From the NCBI RefSeq assembly GCF_009914755.1, contig NC_060934.1: a DNA stretch of 64,000 bases. One strand, given 5' to 3'. Origin of the DNA: the human T2T-CHM13v2.0 reference genome, Homo sapiens. A program made the translations under genes and the position numbers. Of the stretch, positions 1 through 12,176 are shown piece by piece (the stretch's first letter is position 1; each line of letters starts with the position of its first letter). The notes beneath the pieces are model-generated. The model worked only from the letters and a program-made list of their open reading frames with translations, was not told the DNA's origin and did no database searches.

Positions 1-308
1 TCACGGTGAGAGAAGAGCCTAGAATCTTGACTGTCCTTTGAGTATCAGGTAAAGAAATTTGAATGTGATTAGGTAGTCAGTGGGGACCATTACAGAGTTC
101 AGGGAGAGAGGTGAGGCAGTCAGAACTGGGGGAAGATGGAGAAGGGACAAGTGTGTTGTTTCAAACGTAGAGTCCTCTGATATCTACCTTTTAAATTCTT
201 ATTGAAGTAAATGCACAGAGAGGACCAGAAGTGGTGATCCATATTGGTGCACATTTATTTTTTTGACTCTGATTCCTTTAAGCCTAAAACTAGGGCAGTG
301 TCCCATAC

Positions 309-547
309 TGAGCACTAAAGAGAAGTAGGGTCAAACCCAGGAGGGAGGAAAACCAGATCCCTGCACCTTGGCCAAGATGAGGATGCCGGATGGAGCATAG
401 CCAGTCCTGGAATGAGGCCTGCATCTCTCCCTTGCACAATGCCCCCACCCACAATCCAGCCAGGTCTCTCTGTGTCCCCAGCTGCATGCTCCCACCTCTT
501 CGTGATATGGTTTCAAAAACACAATCCAGCACCATGTGTAAATTGTT
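309..547 (+). repeat. Diverged direct repeat, copy 1 (partner at 1970-2175)
   Basis: tgagcactaaagagaag...caccttggccaagatgaggatgc...aaacacaatccagcaccatgtgtaaattgt aligns colinearly with 1970-2175. Confidence 0.85.
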
Positions 548-749
548 TGATGCTTGAGATCAACTTTACTGAATTGCCTACATTGAAAGTGATGAGGACA
601 ATACCTCCTTCAGGAAGAAAAAGGCAAAATGAAGTGCTTTCATGAATAGTCAGAAGGGTCTTACTAACATAAAAATATTTTGATTATGTCTTCAGAATCT
701 CTTTATGTAGTTAGTGGCTTGTAAGCTGTCAACTTGTAAATGATGCCGT

Positions 750-2325
750 TGGAAATTGAAATGTAAATAACATTACCATTTATAATAGCATCAAAAATAT
801 GAAATATTTAGGAATAAATTAGGTCAAGATGTGTAAGACCTGTATACTGAGAACTATGATATATTGCTCAGAGAAATTAAATAAGATCTAAATAAATGGA
901 GAGATATACTATGTTCATGGATCAGAAGACTCAATCTTGTTAAGATGTCATTTCTCCCCAAATTGATGTAAAGATTCAGTGCATTACTAATCAAAATCTG
1001 AGCAGACTTTTTTTTTTGGTAGAAATTAAGCTGGTTCTAAAATGTATATGTAAATGTAAAGGAATTAGAATGGGCCAAAATAACTTTGAACATGAATAAA
1101 GATGGAGTCCTTATACTACCTGATTAAGACTTCTTTGAATCTCAATAATTAAATCAGTATAGTATTGGCATAAAACCAGATAAACAGATCACAGAACATT
1201 ATGGAGAGTCTAGAAAGTGGCCCACTATTGATCTTTGTCAGAGGTATCAGTGGACTTCAGCAGTGAGTGAATGATCTTTTCCACAAAGGGTGCTGTAGCA
1301 ATTAGAGGGCCGTTTGCAAAAAACTCACTTCAATTGTTACTTGAAACCACATGAAAATTTAGCTTGAACTGGATCATAGACCTAGCGTAAGAGCTAGAAC
1401 CATGCAGCTTCCACAAGATCACACAGGACTTCTTTCTTTAAATATGACACCAAAAGCAGAAACCACTATAAGAGGAAACCAGTCAGTTGGACCTATGAAG
1501 ACGACCGTGGCAAGCGCTGGGGAGGCGGTGGTAGCACTGCAGCCGTCGTGTTAGTGCTGGAAATGTAAAACATGCGAAAACATGGAGGTCTTAAAAAAAA
1601 CGTTGAAAATACACACACCGTATCACCCAGCCGTTTCCCTCTTCAGTATTTACTTAAGAGAAATGAAAGCACATTCCACACTAAGACTGAATGTTCATAG
1701 CAGCTTTATTCAGAATAGCCAAAACCTGTCAACAGCCCAGATAGCCACAGCAGGTGAGTGGGAACAGGAGGGGACAGTCTGTGTACACCGTGGTGTGTCA
1801 GCTGTCGCAGTAATTATGGTGGGCAAAAGAATCCAGACCAAACCAAAAATGCATTCTGTATGATTTCATGTATATCATATTCTTAAAAATGCAAACAAGT
1901 CTGTAATGACAGAACACAGATAGTGGTTTCCCGGGGAAGGGGTTGTGGTGGGGGCTGGAGGGATTCCAGTGAGCACTAAGGAGAAGCCAGGTCAAGCCCA
2001 GGAGGGGAGCACGGTAGATCCCCGCACCTTGGCCGAGGTGAGGATGCTGGACGGAAGGCAGCTGTCCCTTCCACACTGCCCACCCCACCCGCACTCCAGC
2101 CTGGCCGCTCTCTGCTCCCACCCTTTCATGCTGTAGTTTAGCAAACACAATCCAGAGCCAAGTGTAAATTGTGTCAAGGGGCGAAGGGACCCAGGGAACC
2201 TTCTGGAGCGACGGGCATGTTAGTCTCCTAATTGTGGTGATGGTTTCACGTGTGGATGTGTCAGGACTCATCCAGTTACACGTCACATGGGTGCAATTCT
2301 GTCAGTGCCACTTACACGTACCTTA
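750..2325 (+). mobile_element. Old L1M (L1MC/ME-like) fragment: ORF2 3' end and 3' UTR
   Basis: Typical L1 3' text: ataaatggagagatatactatgttcatggatcagaagactcaat; aatgttcatagcagctttattc; gggaaccttctggagcgacgggcatg. Interrupted by a ~205-bp insert at 1970-2175. Confidence 0.8.
1970..2175 (+). repeat. Diverged direct repeat, copy 2, inserted in L1M 3' UTR
   Basis: tgagcactaaggagaag...caccttggccgaggtgaggatgc...aaacacaatccagagccaagtgtaaattgt. Confidence 0.85.
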
Positions 2326-2577
2326 GCACTCTAGAAGGAAAATCTAGTCTTGTGGTGGATGGCTTGTGAGGGGTCAAACTGCAGATTTAATGGAAAAGGG
2401 AAGTACTTCCATCAGCAGCTGGCCCCTCGAACGGACTGTGCACACCACTGTGTGTCTCACAACTCAGGCAACTCGGCACGCCGCAGGACATAACGGCAGA
2501 GTGTGAGTAATTTTCCATTTTATATACACATATGCGTATGTTATATAAAATTGAAAAGACTTTCTTCTCGTTAAATC

Positions 2578-2870
2578 TTATTTTATTTTGACACAGGATG
2601 TCACTCTGTTGCCCAGGCTGGAGTGCAGTAGTGCAATCGTGGCTTACTGCAGCCTTGAACTCCTGAGCTCAAGTGATCCTGTGGCCTCAGCCTCCCAAGT
2701 AGCTGAGGATACAGGTGTGCATCACCACGCCTGGCTAAAAAAAAACTGTTTATAGAGACTGGGTGTCACCGTGTTGCCCAGTCAGGTCTCCAACTCCTGG
2801 CCTCAAGTGATCCTCTTGCCTTGGCCTCTCAAAGTGCTGGGATTACAGGTGCGAACCACTGTGCCCTGCC
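2578..2870 (-). mobile_element. AluJ-like SINE
   Basis: Reverse-complement Alu dimer with T-rich tail (ttattttattttgacacagg...gcccaggctggagtgcag...gggattacaggtgcgaaccactgtgccctgcc). AluJ-type cagccttgaactcctgagctcaagtgatcc. Confidence 0.92.
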
Positions 2871-4810
2871 AAAAAGACATTTTTAAGGTTAAGTAAGGCT
2901 TTGTTGATTTTGAATGTAACATTATTCCCACTCAATGAGTGATTTTGGTCGACGTTCACCTGTACTTTCTCTGCACTCTGAGCCGGCAGGTGCCACTTCT
3001 AGCTTCTGGCTGGGGTTGGTTTGCAGTGGAGTCTGTGCCTGTGGCAGCCGTCTGCATGACTTTGGGTCATTGCGCTTTCCTTGCCTTTTGGGGAGGGTCC
3101 CTGGTGCTCTGTGAGCAGATTCGCCCCTAGGGGTGAAGTCATCTCGCTCCTCTTCTGAGCCGTGAGCTGGGCAGGGCCGCGCTCACATCATTCCTCTCCC
3201 CCTGTCGCCGGGTGGGAAATCCGTAACAGGCTCTGTGGCAAAGGCTGGGCCAAGGTGCCTCGTGGGCAGCCGATCCATCAGGCGGCCGACAGGCGTGATC
3301 GAGTGCCGTGTCACACGCAGCCCAGGAAACAAACACGCCGCGCGAAAGGTATTGGTGAACGAACTGAAAAATTGTAAAGCTCTTAAGGACTTTCATGCTT
3401 GTTAGCATTTTTTGACAGAAAATCACTGAAGCAGTGAACATAAAGAAATAGCCATGGTTGATTCACAGTTTAGCTTGTTGTTCTGTTCATTTGGCCTCAG
3501 GTGATGTTTCACTTCCGGAGCCCCGTGAGCTGCTCCTTGCTCTGCCTGGCTTTCTTTCCTGTGCAAATTCTTGCGGGTCCCTCAGCTGTGCTCACCCAAC
3601 CACAGCCTCCCTGGAGATGGGTTTTTATGATTTTGAAGGAGACCGAAGGAAACTGAATGAACAAATATTTTCTCCAAAGCCCGTCCAGGTTTGGCTTCAG
3701 ATGCTGTGAGCCGTGTGTACATTTCTAGGCTTAATCCACAGAATGAATGTGAGCTTTTATGTCACAGCCTGCCCAGGACCCTGCTGTGTGCCTGGAGGGC
3801 ACCTGACCTGCTCTTGAGGCTTCACTACCTGATGTCCCAAAGGGAACATCGTGTTTTTCAGTGTGTTCCTGAGCAGATGGGTGTCTACACAGACCTCGCC
3901 TGTTGCCCTGTGCGTTTGTGTGATGAGTTGGGGTGTGGCACACCGCTGTGTGGGGGTGGCTGGGCCTCTGAGTGCGCTCTCTCACAGCCACGTCTGCTGG
4001 GGCCCACAGCTCCCCATCAGCAGCAGCCCAGAGCTGAGCACAGAAGTGTGGGTGATTTTCATGAGTGCACCTTGCCATTTGGCTTGGCACCTGTTAGAAC
4101 TGCTATGTGCTCTTTGAAAACCACCCATCCTTCTGTCCCAAGGAAGGTGACAAGCACGATGTTTTCCTGGGAGAAAGTGGCTCCCATCCTGGCCACACAT
4201 CCCTGTCAGGGCAGCGTTTAGTGCATCCCACCTGTGCACGTAGAGATGCATCCTGCTGTCTTAAGTATCGGAGTCCCCGATGTAGGCTTGTTGGGGTGGC
4301 TCAGGTTTTCCCGTTGCAACTGAGGCGTTGAGCAGTCAGGGGCTGCCCCTGCCTGCCCAGAACTTTCCTGAAGTCGTGGCCTGGCAGCGCCCCGCCTGTG
4401 CAGGGCAGGTCCCTCAAGGCCAAGCCCTGTTGTGCATGAGGGCACCCCCAGACTGAAGGAAACGAAGCTGGAGCTTCAGAGATCATGCCCACCTGAGGCC
4501 TTCCCTCGCCTTTGCAGACACACCTGTGTTTCCAAAGAAGGGGGACAGACGGAGCACTTCACTTCCATCCCGAGAGTGTCTCCCAGACAGCGCACCCCGC
4601 AGCGGCCACTGGCTGACCCGTGGCCTTGAGAACACAGGAAAGCCCCCTCTTAGATTCACAGAAACGCCCTTCCTAGGAGTAAACGGATCCTGTGTTTTTC
4701 CCCTCGATTCTGTGTCGCTAATTGTTAATTATGACAAAGGAAAAGTGATATTAAGATTCGGGGTATTTGTTTCATTGTGTAATTTCTTCCTTGGTTAAAA
4801 GGGAAGAATG

Positions 4811-5463
<653 letters not shown>

Positions 5464-6419
5464 TTAAAACTGAGTCACTGTGTGCCTGGCCTTTACTCAG
5501 CGCTTCCTCCCATGTCGTGACTGTTATAATGCATCATTACTTCCTCACTATGATTCATCTAGGAACTTGGGGGAGTAATTCATAGTCAGGGATATTTATG
5601 TTTAAACCGACAGAAAGGGAGAGCCATTTGAACACATTATTCCATGTTTTCACTGGTTTTAAATCTGATTTCTGCTGGCTGGGGGAAACTTGAGGAACTG
5701 TGAAGTCATCGTAGGCAGTAGGGAGGTAACGGATAAGGGCCTTTCAAGCATGCAGTGAAGAGACACCAGCTGTACAGCTCCCTCCTGTATGGAAAAGGTG
5801 GAATTTAGACAGTTAAAGTATTAAAGTATACATCACTGGGTTTGAAAACAGCCACAAAAAAACCCCTGTCGGATCACCCAAAACCGCTGGCCCCGTGGCG
5901 CACCATCCCGAGGCTGCCGACTTTGCAGTGGGGCTCTCTTTCCTTCTGGAGTGCAGCAGCATCTGGAATTGTCTGGGAAAACCCTGAAGGATGGCCCACA
6001 CCGAGCCGAAACATCTTTCAAACGGAAATTGTTACACTGTGCTCTTCATCTTGAAATTAATGTTTGGTTGTCAATTTTTATTGCTGACCTAATGGATGAA
6101 GTCCAGCAATTGCAGCTGTCCCCTTAAAGCGGCCCCCAGCGTGTGCTGTGCAGACCTTCTCGGCAGGCTACCCACCCACCTCATCCGTAAGTGGACTCGG
6201 GTAGAGAAAGATATCTGTGCATTGAGAGCTCGTTGGAGATAACTTGAGTCATAATGTGTACTGAGTGTGCTGGGAATCATAGGAGGGTAAAGGTGGTTTT
6301 TAAAAAAGTTATTTTCATTAATTCCTCTCACCCCCAACCCCCTCTGCCACCTGGGACAAAAAAATGGCAGGGTCCTGCTGGATGCCGCTTTCCAAGCTGG
6401 GGCAGACCCGCCAGTGTTG

Positions 6420-7330
6420 AGCAAGAGGGAGGTTTCATCTGAGGCTGGCTGAGTTTTATATATCTATTTATGAGATCCAATAATGTAATGATGTGCTTGT
6501 CTAATAAATGCTGCTGTACAAGCTCAGGACAGCAGACGTTTCCAGTATGACCTGGATTGTCTAAGCCGCAGCCCCTTTTGGTTGGAGCTCGGCTGTTTAA
6601 TAAATGTCGGCTGTTCTTCCAACCATCATAATTATTTAAAGGGGCTTCAAAAGAGAGAGAACAAATCAAATCAAGCCATTACTGTTGAAGCTCGTTCTGG
6701 AGTTAAGTGTGTTTTTAAAACTGTGGGCCTTGTGCAGAGGCTCCTCCCAGTTTTCATCTATTATCACAATAATTGAGTTTGTAGCTGGAATTAAATTTAT
6801 CAAATTGCGTTATCCTCTTTAGAAATTGGATAGGCATGCTGGCAGGGCGAGGCAGAAGTTAATCTGCTTTGCTGAAGCCTCCAGTGGCCCTGCACAGCGG
6901 GGCTGAAGAGGCCCAGACAGCTTCCTGTCACCCCGGACACGATGTAATTTCTCCTCAATCCCTTGTGCAAATAATGACATTTGAATCGAGCATTAACAGG
7001 CTTAATTACTTTAAAATTGTCATTTTAATTTACACTGATATAGTATTGATCATACAAGCAGAGATTAAGCTGTTCAGTGGAGCAGATGATGGGGAATTAA
7101 ACATTAAAGGGTCCTCAGGGGGCCGTGTGCGCTGCCCGGCGCGAGCCGGAAGAGGGATGATATTTCTCGGTAATGAACTGGCGGCATGCGGGGACATGAA
7201 TCTTGGGCTCTTGGAAAAGGGGAAATAATGGGGTTTGGGAGGCATTTGCAGGTTATTCATTCGCCGCCATGCACCAATTCTCCAGTGATTCATCCGCCTC
7301 ACCAACATTTATTTATCCAGCAAATTCCGG
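6420..7330. promoter_or_regulatory. Candidate conserved enhancer island (non-repetitive, AT-rich, TAAT/ATTA-dense)
   Basis: Abrupt AT-rich unique DNA in a GC-rich intron, e.g. gcattaacaggcttaattactttaaaattgtcattttaatttacac and ataattgag. Inferred from composition only. Confidence 0.5.
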
Positions 7331-8322
7331 AGCTTTGACCTTTTTGCTAAGTACATTGAACATAAGTTGGAGTGGAGATCTTTCAAGTGTAACTTTTACA
7401 AGTATTTGTTATTTTTCCTTATTTCTAGGCAACATTAAACAAAGTTATTCAGTTTTTTGAGTGTACTGGAGTCTGCCGGCCTTGCAGGGTTGGTGTGGTG
7501 GTGAGGGACTAATGGGCTCCTGCAGCCCAGCCCCACACTTGACTTTTGAAAATTCCAGTGGCAGATCCCAGGCTCAGGTGTCACTGATCCTTTCTTAGGT
7601 GAAATGACACGAGAGCCTCACGTTCCTGCCATGGGCTGATGGCCTCGGCCTCCTTTCAGTTGAGGCTTTCTGTTGGTGGTTAGGGGGCAAAGTGACGCCC
7701 TGTAACTTATTGATGCTGCCATGGAAAAAATATGGAAATGAAGCAGAACATGAGTTTCTCAGAAGCACATTTGACGGACTTCTTTTGGCGAAAATCAGAG
7801 CACTTCAAATCCTGTAACCTCAAACTGTTTCACTTTTCAGAGGTTATATAATAAAAAGTTAAGTGATTGATTTTATAGTTCAGTAGGGAGTGATGAAATT
7901 CTTGATCACTATCCATAATGGCTTTATTTTAAACAGTGGGCTAGAGATTTAATTAAAGCATGATCAGGGAAATGAAAAAATGTTGATATTTCTCCTCAAA
8001 TTAAACATGAATTTGCACAGGGAGCATTAGAAGGGCTTATCATTCCTCCTGATGTTTTTATTCTCTTCCGTAGGATTTAAAAGCTTGCGGCCCACTTCAC
8101 CCCTCTCTGAATAGCTCAGGGGGCTTCAGCCCCTGTTGACCGTGCTCTGGGTTTGGTCCATTTCTGTGGCTTTCTTTAAAAACTGCCGAGCTCCATCGCA
8201 CGACCACCACTGCTGGCGTTTATTGAGCGTGTACTGCTTGTGAGGCTTTGTTCTGGGGGATCATTTCCCCACTTTATCTTTGGGGTGCCGGAGACACAGG
8301 AAGGTTAAGAAACAGCCGGTGA

Positions 8323-8779
<457 letters not shown>

Positions 8780-9439
8780 CTATGTAGCACGTCCTCACGG
8801 GACCACAGAACGAGAGGGAGCTGGGGGTGTGGTGGAGGAGTGGCAAGTGACAGGGCAGAAACAGCTGCTCGAGGAGGCCCCGTGTTCTCCTGGGGGACCG
8901 TCGGTGACATTTCAGCCTGGCTTAGCTGCGTCCTTGAAAGTGGTTCTGCTTCTCTTACGTGCTTGCAGACACCATTCATGTGTCCTTAGTCTGACAGTGA
9001 CTTGGTCAAGCTTGGAGGATGTGGGGCCTGCCTGTGCGTGCCCCATGGGCAGAGAGGGCGGGCGCGGTTCGTGCTGGACTCTAGATGTGCAGCTCCAAGT
9101 GAGATGTGGGTAGATGCCATTGGGATTTTGGCGTGAGCGTGGACCTGGGTTTCTGGAAGGGCATTGTTCCCGTGTCCCTGTCCCCACTGTGGCCTTGCTG
9201 AGCCCCCAGGGAGCCAGGACCCGCTGGTGACTGCTCCCTCTCTGTCCTCAGGGTGCAGCCCTGCACAGCCCTTCTAGCCCTCTCAGGTCTTTCTTTTGTC
9301 CAAACTCTTATCTTCTCTTGGGTCCCCAGGGTCACCAACCTCTTTGCAGAAAATCCCTCTGCAGCCACTGACCCCACACCCCCAGCCCCCATGCCCTCAC
9401 TGCACACGTTCTCAGCCCCCATGTCCTCAGCTTCCAATC

Positions 9440-9810
9440 CCTAAACCCCACGTCCTGAAACCCACACCCTCAGCCTCCACCCCCAAGACCCTACACCCTC
9501 TGACTGCGCACTCCCAGAACCTGCACCTGACCCCACACCCCCTGACCCCACCCCCCCGACCCCACACCCCCTGACCCTACACCCCCTGACCCCACACCCC
9601 CTGACCCCACACCCCTGACCCCACATCCTCTGCATACTCCCAGAACCCACACCTGACCCCACACCCCAGACCCTACATCCTCTGTGCACTCCCAGAACCT
9701 GCACCTGACCCCACCCCCCCGACCTCACACCCCCTGACCCTACATCCTCTGAGTGCGCACTCCCAGAACCCGCACCTGACCCCCACACCCCCTGACACCA
9801 CCCCACAGCC
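9440..9810. repeat. C-rich degenerate tandem repeat (accccacaccccctg units); G-quadruplex-prone on - strand
   Basis: Repeated ctgaccccacacccc and ctcccagaacctgcacctgacccc. Confidence 0.85.
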
Positions 9811-10670
9811 CCCATCTTCAGCCTCTCCTCTGCTGTAGTCCCCAGCCCCTGGCTGGCTTGCTTCTCAGCACAGCCCTGGCCCAGAAGCAGGAGGACACTG
9901 TCAGCCCCTCCTTGCTGGGGGGAGAGTGGTTGGGGCACACCTGTCCCCTGCCCCTCTGCTGCCCACAGCACAGCTAAGTCTTCACCCTGCCTGCGCGCAT
10001 CCCTGTGGCCTTCTGGGAGGTCCCAGTGGGGAGCCTGTCTTCTCCCCAGAACACCCAGTCTCCCTTTGTGCCGGGTCACCCCTGTGAGCAAACAGGCAGG
10101 CATTTCCCTCTTAGGGAAGAAGCCTCCCTTGACCCCGTATCTCCCCAGCTCCTTGTCCTATAGAAACTGATTTCTTGGCAGTGTCTTTCTTTCTTTTTTT
10201 TTTTTTTTTTTTTTTAAGGAAAATGATGGATATTCATGTGGTCAGGACAGCGGTGCCAAAGTGGAGAAACTGCAAACGGCGGTGACGGCTTGACGGGCGT
10301 CACTTTTCCTTGGTCTTTGTCAGTCAGGTCTAATTTATAACAGGGCCATTAGTGGGAGATAGCTTTCTTTGGATGTCTTTTCCCGTAAGGGTTGCTCATG
10401 GTTTGGCCTCAGTAAAGAAAAGAGAAGGTCTCTCTTTCATATTGTTGGAAGCAGCAGGTGGCCCACTCCTTCTGGAGTGAGGCATGGGCATGTGGGCACG
10501 CCTCCATCTGTCAGGAGTGTCCCTGTCTCTCCCTTCTGATTGGGACAGTGGGTCACACTGGTGGCCAGTGGGCAACTGGGGCCCCTGGAGCCGTGGCCTC
10601 CCCTGGGCCCAAGGGAGGCACAGATGACTTAGGAGTGGAGAGTTCAAACGTGGGCTGCGGCGAGGCTTGT

Positions 10671-10852
10671 GCCCTCCCTGCTTCGGACTCCGCCCTCCCT
10701 GCTTCGGACTCCGCCCTCCCTGCTTCGGACTCCGCCCTCCCTGCTCTGGACTCCGCCCTCCCTGCTTCGGACTCCGCCCTCCCTGCTTCGGACTCGGCCC
10801 TCCCTGCTCTGGACTCCGCCCTCCCTGCTTCTGACTCCACCCTTTCTGCTTC
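10671..10852. repeat. 21-bp minisatellite, ~8.5 copies (gccctccctgcttcggactcc)
   Basis: Read directly from the sequence; produces the ALPASDS repeat ORF. Confidence 0.95.
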
Positions 10853-11044
10853 GGTATCTACCTCCTTGCTTTGGAAGGACACAACCTTCTTGGCTGGCAC
10901 AGCCCTTCCTGCCATGCCTGTTGATCCCATCATCAGCCAAGGATGTGTTGGGGCCGTATTCTGCGGCTCCTCCAGCATGGGAAGGTGCTGACAGGAAGCA
11001 GCACCAACACCTCCTGGAATAGCCGTTGGCACATGAGCTTCCTG

Positions 11045-11238
11045 ATACTGTTTCATGTGCCTTACATGTGCCACCCATGCAGGGATCAGAGCAGCCCTAT
11101 GAAGTGGGTACTGTTATTTGTCTTCCCCGTGTCACAGATAGAGATGTTGAGGCACAGAGAGGTTCAGGGACCAACCAGAAGAGGCCAATGTGGGATTTGA
11201 ACTTGGTTCTGGCCTCAGAGCCTGTACTCTCAACCAGC
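11045..11238 (-). mobile_element. MIR fragment
   Basis: ccctatgaagtgggtactgttatt...cagatagagatgttgaggcacagagaggtt...gggatttgaact...cagagcctgtactctcaacca. Confidence 0.7.
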
Positions 11239-11480
11239 CTGCTCTGCTCTCAGAAGGGGACAGCGCAGGAAAGGCCAGCTTCAGCCAGGGTGACGGTGGG
11301 GGTGGTGCTCAGGGTGGACAGCATTGATTAGAGGTGACTGTTGTCCAATATTCAGCTAAACTGTAGGTTTTAAAGCTTGAGGACAGGTTTCGTTAGAGGT
11401 CAAAATTCAGTAGTTCCTTTCCCAAGGATGTAGGGAGAGAACTACGTTTTGTTAAGTGGCTCTTATTGAGCATTGTGACA

Positions 11481-11641
11481 TTCTTTTGCTAAAAACATGT
11501 TTGTGCATGTATACACTTGTACTAAGAAAATATCTTCATTTTATTTCCTTTTCCTTTATCATGTGACATAAGATTTATTCACTTCATATCAGCATTTAAG
11601 TATTGTCAACTTTATGAAATAATATTTGGGTTGGCGATTGG
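11481..11641 (+). mobile_element. HERV-L internal 3' (post-dUTPase) fragment, inverted relative to the adjacent pol remnant
   Basis: ttcttttgctaaaaacatgtttgtgcatgtatacacttgtactaagaaaatatcttcattttatttcc...catgtgacataagatttatt matches the HERVL-int 3' region as I recall it. Confidence 0.75.
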
Positions 11642-12042
11642 TTTTGAAATGTGAGGACAGGAGATCTGGGAGGGGTCGGGATGGAATAATATGGTTTGGC
11701 TGCGTCCCCACCCAAATCTCATCTTGAATTCCCACATGTTATGGGAGGGACCCTGCGGGAGGCAAGGGGATCATGGGGGCAGGTCTTTCCCATGGTGTTC
11801 TCATGGTGGTGGGTGGGTCTCATGAGATCTGATGGTTTTACAAAGAGGAGTTTCCCTGCACAAGCTCTTTCTTTGCCTGCTTCCATCCATATAAGATGTG
11901 ACTTGCTCCTCCTTGCCTTCTGCCATGATTGTGAGGCCTTACCAGCCATGTGGAACTGTAAGTCCATATTAAACCTCTTTCTTTTGTAAATTCCTCAGTC
12001 TCGGGTATGTATTTATCAGCAGTGTGAAAACAAACTAATACA
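11636..12042 (+). mobile_element. THE1-int 3' end (PPT) plus complete THE1A-type MaLR LTR (11687-12042)
   Basis: gattggttttgaaatgtgaggac...gggaggggtc, then taatatggtttggctgcgtccccacccaaatctcatcttgaattcccac...attaaacctctt...cagcagtgtgaaaacaaactaataca (356 bp). Confidence 0.9.
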
Positions 12043-12150
12043 AGGTCTTTCCTAAGTTTGGAAAAACGTGATTTCTCATCTCTTCAAAAACGACTTCCAC
12101 TCCCCCTCTGCATTCCCTCTAGGTTCCAGTTACATGTGCGTTGGACCCCA
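12043..12150 (-). mobile_element. Short L1M ORF1 fragment, inverted; its continuation is at 14411 on +
   Basis: Reverse complement ggtccaacgcacatgtaactggaacctagag...tttgaagagatgagaaatcacgtttttccaaacttaggaaagacct resembles L1M ORF1. Confidence 0.6.
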
Positions 12151-12176
12151 CGCCTTCCACGCCCCACCCCACTCCC

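Noticed and set aside
1-150. Possible L2 remnants (also ~18200-18950) and MIR scraps (~8220-8320, ~43760)
   Set aside because: Too degenerate to call by eye; needs an HMM search.
11930-11955. PRDM9 hotspot motif in the THE1 LTR
   Set aside because: The site reads gaggccttaccagccatg, not the CCTCCCTAGCCAC hotspot allele.
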